From NCBI GenBank assembly GCA_002429375.1, contig DIZP01000036.1, positions 1 to 33,174 on the forward strand: DNA of 33,174 nucleotides, written 5' to 3'. Shown one piece after another: positions 27,741 to 33,174 of the stretch. The DNA comes from a bacterium UBA6025 (GTDB taxonomy: Bacteria; Patescibacteriota; Saccharimonadia; Saccharimonadales; Saccharimonadaceae). The number at the start of each line of letters is the position of its first letter. Position 1 is the first letter of the stretch. The notes beneath the pieces are model-generated. The model saw only the letters and a program-made list of their open reading frames with translations, had not been told where the DNA came from and searched no databases. Position numbers and translations under genes: made by a program.

Positions 27741-28829
27741 ATGAAACTGCTTGAATACGAAGCGAAAAATATATTATCTCTTTCAGGGATTGTTACTCCC
27801 CGCTCGTCGATAATTCATCAAAATGATTCAGCCCAGCTCACCTTTCCTGTGGTTCTAAAATCACAAGTGCCAACTGGTGGGCGCGGGAAGGCGGGGGGTA
27901 TACGAATTGTTAACGATAAAGATAGTTTGCAGCAGACAATCAATGAATTGTTTGAGCTCTCAATTAAAGACTACCGTCCACAAATCCTTCTGGCGGAAGA
28001 GAAGTTAGCTATTTCCCACGAGTATTACCTGTCGCTGGTTATCGACAAGCCAACCGCCGAGATTCGCTTGATGGCACACATAAACGGTGGGGTTGAGGTC
28101 GAGGAGAATCCCCAGGACAGCTTCCTGGGGATGGTAGTTAGTAGTGAGTATATGGTAGGTAGTAATAATAACTTCGAGGCGGCCGGCGAACGATTAGCCG
28201 AGTACTTAAATCTGCCTGGGCGGAGTTTTGTCTTGCAAGATTTGGTGGAGAATTTATACAAATGTTTTGTGACAAATGACGCCACGTTGCTCGAGATTAA
28301 CCCTTTGGTTTTTACCGATAACGAAAAATTCGTGGCTGGTGACTGCAAGATGGAACTTGATGACAGTGCGGCCTTCCGCCACGACTGGAAGTTTGAAGAT
28401 AAGGCGACTGAAGCCAATTTTGTCACCCTGGATCCTGGCGGCACCGTGGCGACGATTGCCAATGGTGCCGGGCTGGCCATGGCGACCGTTGACGCCGTGT
28501 CAGACTTCGGCATGGTACCGGCTAACTTCCTCGACATTGGTGGCGGCTCCAACACCGAGACTCTAGTAGCTGCTTTTCGGCGCATTACCGAATACCCAAA
28601 CATCCAGGCGATTGTGATCAACGTTTTCGCTGGCATCAGCCGCTGCGACGAGGTAGCTCGAGCGATTATTGCTGCTAAAAAACAGATTACGAATCTTCCC
28701 CCGCTATTTATTCGACTGGCGGGCACGAATTTCGAGGCAGCCGCCGATTTACTCTCACAAGAAAACATCCCTATCCTCGCCACTCTCGAGGAATGCCTGG
28801 CAGCCGCCAAACAAGAGGTGCCGTCGTGA
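27741..28829 (+). CDS. sucC: Succinate--CoA ligase (ADP/GDP-forming) beta subunit
   Basis: 362 aa. MKLLEYEAKNIL... and PTGGRGKAGGIRIV parallel the E. coli SucC motif GGRGKAGGV. ATP-grasp N-terminus and CoA-ligase C-terminus. Confidence 0.85.
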   Translation: MKLLEYEAKNILSLSGIVTPRSSIIHQNDSAQLTFPVVLKSQVPTGGRGKAGGIRIVNDKDSLQQTINELFELSIKDYRPQILLAEEKLAISHEYYLSLVIDKPTAEIRLMAHINGGVEVEENPQDSFLGMVVSSEYMVGSNNNFEAAGERLAEYLNLPGRSFVLQDLVENLYKCFVTNDATLLEINPLVFTDNEKFVAGDCKMELDDSAAFRHDWKFEDKATEANFVTLDPGGTVATIANGAGLAMATVDAVSDFGMVPANFLDIGGGSNTETLVAAFRRITEYPNIQAIVINVFAGISRCDEVARAIIAAKKQITNLPPLFIRLAGTNFEAAADLLSQENIPILATLEECLAAAKQEVPS

Positions 28830-29695
28830 AAAATACGCTCTTTTCGGCCCAGAACGTCATCGTCCAAGGAATTACCGGTGGCCACGGCCACTTCCAAACC
28901 AAAGCCATGTTAGCTGCAGGGACGACTGTTGTTGCTGGTACAACACCAGGCAAGGCTGGTCAGGTCGTCGAAGGAGTACCAGTTTATGACTCAATTGCCG
29001 ACATTCAAAAAAACCACACGGTTGATACGACGGTCGTTTTTGTCCCTGCTCCGTTTGCCAAATCCGCTATCATGGAGGCGATTACCGCCCACATCCCCTT
29101 GATTGTGTGTATTACCGAAGGCGTGCCGATTCACGACATGCTTCAGATTAAAAAAAGGCTAGCTGGTTCGGGTAGCACCCTGATTGGACCAAACTCGCCA
29201 GGCGTTATCGTTCCGGGTGTGAATAAGCTGGGGATAATTCCCGCCAACATGTCCCTGCCGGGCCACACAGCCATCGTCAGCCGCTCTGGCACCCTGACCT
29301 ATGAAACAATGGCGGGCTTGAGCGCAAAGGGCATAGGCCAGCGCTACGTCATCGGGACTGGCGGCGATCGCATCCGTGGCACTGGCTTTATTGACTGCCT
29401 GGAATTATTTGAAAATGACCCCGAAGTTGATCAAATCGTGCTGATTGGTGAAATCGGGGGTGCCGACGAACAATTGGCGGCCGACTACATCGCCACATCC
29501 GTCACCAAGCCGGTCTTTGCCTATGTTGCCGGTCATCACGCGCCGGTTGGCGTTCAGCTCGGTCACGCCGGCGCCATCCTGGGGAGCGCCGATGAATCCG
29601 CCGCCAGTAAGACTGAGGCTTTGGCAAAAGCCGGTGCACAGGTGGCGACAAGTATTACGGGATTGATTGAGTTGATAATAAATAATTTCTGTTAG
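28826..29695 (+). CDS. sucD: Succinate--CoA ligase alpha subunit
   Basis: QGITGGHGHF, GTTPGKAG, SRSGTLTYE and the phosphohistidine loop GHAGAI are present. GTG start at 28826 overlaps the sucC stop (GTGA), with an AAGAGG Shine-Dalgarno at about 28812. Confidence 0.9.
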   Translation: MKNTLFSAQNVIVQGITGGHGHFQTKAMLAAGTTVVAGTTPGKAGQVVEGVPVYDSIADIQKNHTVDTTVVFVPAPFAKSAIMEAITAHIPLIVCITEGVPIHDMLQIKKRLAGSGSTLIGPNSPGVIVPGVNKLGIIPANMSLPGHTAIVSRSGTLTYETMAGLSAKGIGQRYVIGTGGDRIRGTGFIDCLELFENDPEVDQIVLIGEIGGADEQLAADYIATSVTKPVFAYVAGHHAPVGVQLGHAGAILGSADESAASKTEALAKAGAQVATSITGLIELIINNFC

Positions 29696-29785
29696 TTAAC
29701 AGGGATAATCCTTGCTTTTTTTAGCTGGAGAGCTAAGAGTCCTTACTTTTTGGCCACAAAGTAACAAAAGGCCTTCTTTTGGGTA

Positions 29786-29801
29786 GCAAAAGAAGCAAAA
29801 C
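29786..29801. repeat. Left core-flanking inverted repeat of element 2 (GCAAAAGAAGCAAAAC)
   Basis: Perfect 16/16 reverse complement of 30104-30119. Confidence 0.9.
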
Positions 29802-29851
29802 ATTTTCGGCGGCTTCACTGCACCGGGACTATCCGTCGGCCCAAGACTGGC

Positions 29852-29884
29852 GCTGCGGAACTCGCTGCGCTCAAACATCCTCGC
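29852..29884. repeat. Inner 33-bp perfect inverted repeat, left copy (GCTGCGGAACTCGCTGCGCTCAAACATCCTCGC)
   Basis: Exact reverse complement of 30018-30050. The two copies enclose a 133-bp centre. Confidence 0.9.
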
Positions 29885-30017
29885 GCTTAATCAGTCTTGA
29901 ACCAACAGCTCGTCTCGGGCAGCTGCAGATGCCGATTTGGCTACGGAGCTCAAGGAGCCAACGGGGTCTGGGGTCTCTGTAAAGGCCGGATAAAATCGGC
30001 TATTGCTACCTGGATTG

Positions 30018-30050
30018 GCGAGGATGTTTGAGCGCAGCGAGTTCCGCAGC
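30018..30050. repeat. Inner 33-bp perfect inverted repeat, right copy
   Basis: GCGAGGATGTTTGAGCGCAGCGAGTTCCGCAGC is the reverse complement of 29852-29884. Confidence 0.9.
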
Positions 30051-30103
30051 CAACCAAGAAGTAATTGATGGTTTTATGCCGCGGCTTTTCATCAACCCCA
30101 GCA

Positions 30104-30119
30104 GTTTTGCTTCTTTTGC
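30104..30119. repeat. Right core-flanking inverted repeat of element 2 (GTTTTGCTTCTTTTGC)
   Basis: Partner of 29786-29801. Confidence 0.9.
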
Positions 30120-30217
30120 AGCCCAAAAGAAGCGCGTTTGATTACTTTCCGCGTCGAAAGTAAGGATTAAAAAAATAACTCCTCCCTATTAGCTAAATTC
30201 CCTTAGCTCACCCCGAG

Positions 30218-30226
30218 TGTTATACT
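30218..30226 (+). promoter_or_regulatory. Extended -10 TGTTATACT predicting a near-leaderless GT2 operon mRNA
   Basis: The TATACT hexamer is at 30221-30226, so the predicted +1 is about 30233, 2 nt before the ATG at 30235. The surrounding sequence (AGCTAAATTCC...CCCC..G.TGTTATA.T) is homologous to the sucC promoter region. Confidence 0.45.
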
Positions 30227-30234
30227 GATATCAC

Positions 30235-31185
30235 ATGAAAAAAATCAGCATTCTGGTTCCCGCTTACAACGAAGAAGAAGTTTTAGAGGCGCTGTACCAA
30301 CGTCTTGGCAAGCTAGCCAACGACAACAAATCATACGACTTTGAGTTTTTATTCGTCAACGATGGTAGCCGCGACAAAACACTCGAAATCATCCAGGATT
30401 ACGCCGAAAAAGACCAACGCATCGCCTATGTCAACCTGTCGCGCAACTTCGGCAAAGAAATCGCCATGATCGCCGGTCTGGACCACGTGACGGGTGACGC
30501 CACGGTGATTATCGATGCCGACTTGCAGGATCCACCAGAGTTAATCCCTCAAATGATCAAGTTTTGGGAAGACGGTTACGACGACGTTTATGCCAAACGT
30601 AATAGCCGTGCCGGTGAAACATGGCTGAAAAAAATAACCGCCAAAACGTACTACTGGTTACTTCAAAAAACGACCCGGATCACCCTTCAGCCCAATACCG
30701 GCGATTTTAGGCTACTCGATCGACGTTGCGTCGAGGCACTGAAGCAAATTCGCGAGTCGCAACGCTACACCAAAGGGATGTTCAGCTGGATCGGCTACAA
30801 AAAGAAAGAGGTCACCTACGACCGCGACCCCCGATTAGCCGGCGACATCAAACAGAACTATTCAATTCTGATTGACTTGGCGATTGACGGCCTGACCTCG
30901 TTTACCACCGCGCCGCTGCGCCTATCGTCGCTCCTGGGCGGGGTCGTCTCGGTGGCAGCCTTTGTCTACATCATCTACCTCGTCGCCCGGACTATTATTT
31001 TCGGCATCGACCTGGCGGGTTATCCTTCGACAATGGCCGTCATCCTATTCCTGGGTGGCGTCCAGCTGTTGTCGCTGGGCATCATTGGCGAATACATCGG
31101 CCGAATTTTTAACGAAACCAAGCAACGACCGTTATATTTTGTAGAAGAGTACCACCATGGAAAAATTGATAAAAAAACACGCTGA
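30235..31185 (+). CDS. GT2 glycosyltransferase, GtrB/ArnC-like polyprenyl-phosphate sugar synthase
   Basis: 316 aa. ISILVPAYNEE, FVNDGSRDKT, IIDADLQDPPELIP and GDFRLLDRR motifs, with two C-terminal transmembrane helices. Confidence 0.85.
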   Translation: MKKISILVPAYNEEEVLEALYQRLGKLANDNKSYDFEFLFVNDGSRDKTLEIIQDYAEKDQRIAYVNLSRNFGKEIAMIAGLDHVTGDATVIIDADLQDPPELIPQMIKFWEDGYDDVYAKRNSRAGETWLKKITAKTYYWLLQKTTRITLQPNTGDFRLLDRRCVEALKQIRESQRYTKGMFSWIGYKKKEVTYDRDPRLAGDIKQNYSILIDLAIDGLTSFTTAPLRLSSLLGGVVSVAAFVYIIYLVARTIIFGIDLAGYPSTMAVILFLGGVQLLSLGIIGEYIGRIFNETKQRPLYFVEEYHHGKIDKKTR

Positions 31186-31579
31186 GAAACTACGCTTCGG
31201 GGTGGTTGGTGGCGCCAATACGGCAATTGATTTTGGTATTTTGTTTACTCTGGTGTTCCTTGGTTTTGATAGAATTGCCAGTAACTTCGTTTCAACGACA
31301 ATCGCCTTTGTGTTTAGCTTCTTCGTTAACCGCTCCTTTACCTTTAAGTCAAAAGCCGGCAACACCAAGAAGCAATTCGGTCTCTTCCTGGTCATTACCC
31401 TGTTTGGATTGTGGGTTATTCAGCCGATTATTATCACCGGGGTTGCCTGGATGATAAGTAATCTAGGTATTCCGAACTCTATCGTGCTGTTTATCGGTAA
31501 ACTGCTAGCCACCCTCGTGACGCTGGTTTGGAATTACGTGCTGTACGCCAAATATGTTTTCAAGAAAGATGAGGTCTAA
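31157..31579 (+). CDS. GtrA-family membrane protein
   Basis: 140 aa. LRFGVVGGANTAIDFGILF matches the GtrA N-terminal motif, and there are four helices. It overlaps the upstream GT2 by 29 bp. Confidence 0.75.
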   Translation: MEKLIKKHAEKLRFGVVGGANTAIDFGILFTLVFLGFDRIASNFVSTTIAFVFSFFVNRSFTFKSKAGNTKKQFGLFLVITLFGLWVIQPIIITGVAWMISNLGIPNSIVLFIGKLLATLVTLVWNYVLYAKYVFKKDEV

Positions 31580-32673
31580 TGCATATTGTCATCGATGCCC
31601 GCATCATCAACTCCTCAACCGGGCGCTACGTCGAACGCCTGCTTCATTACCTGCAAGAGGTCGATGACCTCAACACCTACACCGTCCTAGTACCGTCCAA
31701 AGATAAAGAGTTCTGGACCCCAACGGCCGACAACTTCACCGTCAAAACAGCCGATTTTGCCAACTATTCGTTCGCCGAGCAAATCGGTTTCAAAAAGTTC
31801 CTCGACCAGCTGGAGCCGGACTTGGTGCACTTTTGTATGCCCCAGCAACCAATCTTTTACCGCGGCACTAAAGTCACCACTTTTCATGACTTAAGTCTAC
31901 TTAACACCTATAATTCAGACAAAAACTGGCTCATCTTCCACGCCAAACAACTAGTGGGCAAATTTGTCTTTAAACGGGTCGCGAAAACAAGTAATCAGAT
32001 TATTACCCCCAGTGAATTTACTAAAAAAGAACTGCTTGAGTTTAGTGGTGTTTGGCCAAATAAGGTGACGGTGACGTACGAAGCGGCCGATGTCTCGATT
32101 GACACGTTAGAGCCATACACACATCCGTTTAAACACTTTATCTTGTACGTTGGGCAACAGAGTGATTACAAGAATATCCGGCGACTGGGCGATGCTCACC
32201 AACGCCTGATTAAGAAATATCCTGACTTAGGACTAATTTTAGTGGGTAGCAAGAACGCCAGCGCCCTCAAAAATGAAGCTTATTTTACCGAGCGTCACTA
32301 CAAAAATATCCTCTTCACCGGTTTTGTCGAAGATTCGCAGCGCGACTGGCTCTACACCAAGGCTGCTGCCTACGTCTTTCCGTCACTGATGGAAGGTTTC
32401 GGCCTCCCGGGCTTGGAAGCGATGGGTTACGGCGCGCCGGTCGTCAGTAGCAACGCCACTTGCCTGCCCGAAGTCTACGGTCATGCCGCCCACTATTTCA
32501 ACCCGAACGACACCACCGATATGGCGCGGGCGATCGACGAAATCCTGTCTAACGACCTGTTGAGAAACGAAATGATCAAAGAAGGTTATGCCCAGCTCAA
32601 AAAATATTCATGGTTACGCATGGCGCAGCAGACACACGAGGTCTATGTGAAGGCTTTAAAAACTAAGAACTAG
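31579..32673 (+). CDS. Glycosyltransferase family 4 (GT-B)
   Basis: 364 aa. FPSLMEGFGLPGLEAMGYGAPVVSSN is the E-x7-E motif region. The start overlaps the gtrA-like stop (TAATG). Confidence 0.8.
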   Translation: MHIVIDARIINSSTGRYVERLLHYLQEVDDLNTYTVLVPSKDKEFWTPTADNFTVKTADFANYSFAEQIGFKKFLDQLEPDLVHFCMPQQPIFYRGTKVTTFHDLSLLNTYNSDKNWLIFHAKQLVGKFVFKRVAKTSNQIITPSEFTKKELLEFSGVWPNKVTVTYEAADVSIDTLEPYTHPFKHFILYVGQQSDYKNIRRLGDAHQRLIKKYPDLGLILVGSKNASALKNEAYFTERHYKNILFTGFVEDSQRDWLYTKAAAYVFPSLMEGFGLPGLEAMGYGAPVVSSNATCLPEVYGHAAHYFNPNDTTDMARAIDEILSNDLLRNEMIKEGYAQLKKYSWLRMAQQTHEVYVKALKTKN

Positions 32674-33124
32674 CTTGGGCGATGGTGATCTTTCGGTCGC
32701 GGCCTTCACCCTCGGAGAACGTCATAATATCGCTATACTCGCTGGCGACGTGGTGGACGATTCGCCGATCGGCGGCATTCAGGCTGGCAACGTAGGAATC
32801 ACCGGTGCGACGGACTTCGGCTATCCACAGACGGGCTTGCTCGGCAACGCGTTCAGCGCGCTGTTTTTTGTAATCGGCGATGTCGATATTCACCCGGGTC
32901 AAGCCGGCTTCTTGGTTGCGGAGGACGGTCGAGACGATGTATTGCAGGCTACGGAGGGTTTCGGCGTTACGGCCAATCAATAGGCTGTTCAGTTCGCTTG
33001 ACGGCACCGAGAGTTCGATGACATCTTCGTCACAGGTGGAATGAACGGTCAGGTTCGCCCCAAAGAATGATAAGAGATCCTCTAAGTACTTTTGCGCGAA
33101 TTGAATTGATTGTTCTTTGTCCAT
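32663..33124 (-). CDS. khpB: Jag/KhpB-type RNA-binding protein (Jag_N, KH and R3H domains)
   Basis: 153 aa. The N-terminus is AQKYLEDLLSFFG, the KH-like segment is LIGRNAETLRSLQYIV, and the R3H segment is ADRRIVHHVASEY...TFSEGEGRDRKITI. It lies immediately downstream of a yidC-like tail. Confidence 0.8.
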   Translation of the reverse strand: MDKEQSIQFAQKYLEDLLSFFGANLTVHSTCDEDVIELSVPSSELNSLLIGRNAETLRSLQYIVSTVLRNQEAGLTRVNIDIADYKKQRAERVAEQARLWIAEVRRTGDSYVASLNAADRRIVHHVASEYSDIMTFSEGEGRDRKITIAQASS

Positions 33125-33126
33125 AC

Positions 33127-33174
33127 CTACTCCTTCTTCTTTGATTTTTTAGGAGCCCCGTCTTTGGCGGTAAT
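33127..33174 (-). CDS. 3' fragment of an upstream ORF with a Lys-rich tail, consistent with the membrane insertase YidC (truncated by the window edge)
   Basis: The reverse strand reads ...ITAKDGAPKKSKKKE-stop (TAG at 33127-33129), 2 nt before the jag ATG. The yidC-jag order is a conserved synteny, but with only 15 codons visible the call is weak. Confidence 0.35.
   Translation of the reverse strand: MTAKDGAPKKSKKKE

Larger units (their letters stand above)
29739..30168. repeat. Nested-palindromic repeat element, copy 2 (candidate invertible switch, core orientation B)
   Basis: The left arm 29739-29801 and right arm 30104-30168 are co-oriented with those of copy 1. The core 29802-30103 is the reverse complement of the copy 1 core. 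Confidence 0.85.

Noticed and set aside
28025-28897. 290-aa ORF antisense to sucC
   Set aside because: It lies fully within the well-supported sucC/sucD coding region on the opposite strand. Its Ser/Ala/Arg-rich low-complexity translation is typical of shadow ORFs in GC-richer DNA, and it has no recognisable motifs.
27251-30168. Interpretation of the two repeats plus sucCD as a composite transposon
   Set aside because: No transposase or integrase ORF lies within or next to the segment. The outer arms are direct rather than inverted, and only the cores are flipped. No target-site duplication was seen at the outer edges. The cassette could still be excised by recombination between the direct arms, as noted in the findings.

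Overview
This 33.2-kb window is almost entirely cell-envelope glycan genes. The compact, overlapping genes, a type IV pilin, a yidC-jag end and near-leaderless TGnTATA(A/C)T promoters suggest a small-genome Patescibacteria/Saccharibacteria-like bacterium, but that is inference only.

Layout:
(i) 1-5.9 kb: initiating sugar transferase fragment, GT4, GT-C membrane transferase, GT2, UPF0104 flippase-like protein, GT-B.
(ii) 6.0-6.8 kb: type IV pilin with a C-terminal discoidin-like domain.
(iii) 6.8-13.2 kb: glmS, a cytidylyltransferase-fold enzyme, a zinc-ribbon NUDIX hydrolase, and a translationally coupled rmlB / fused rmlC-rmlD / rmlA operon.
(iv) about 13.2-27.2 kb: a visibly lower-GC block (about 35-45% versus 50-55% in the flanks, estimated by eye). 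It encodes a complete ABC-transporter-dependent, rhamnan-like polysaccharide pathway: gtrA/gtrB-like pair, two secreted proteins, GT-C-like membrane protein, WbsX-family protein, GT2-RgpF fusion, two SAM methyltransferases, wzt with a C-terminal extension, wzm and a GT2.
(v) 27.7-29.7 kb: a sucC-sucD pair.
(vi) 30.2-33.2 kb: GT2-GtrA-GT4 operon, jag/khpB, and a yidC-like tail.

The most unusual signal is non-coding. Two paralogous ~430-bp nested-palindromic elements (27251-27685 and 29739-30168) bracket sucCD. Their outer arms are in the same orientation, but their ~300-bp cores, bounded by 16-bp inverted repeats, are exact flips of one another. This is what two copies of an invertible DNA switch in opposite states would look like. 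Each element sits directly upstream of a homologous near-leaderless promoter. No recombinase, transposase, tRNA, rRNA or CRISPR array was seen in the window.
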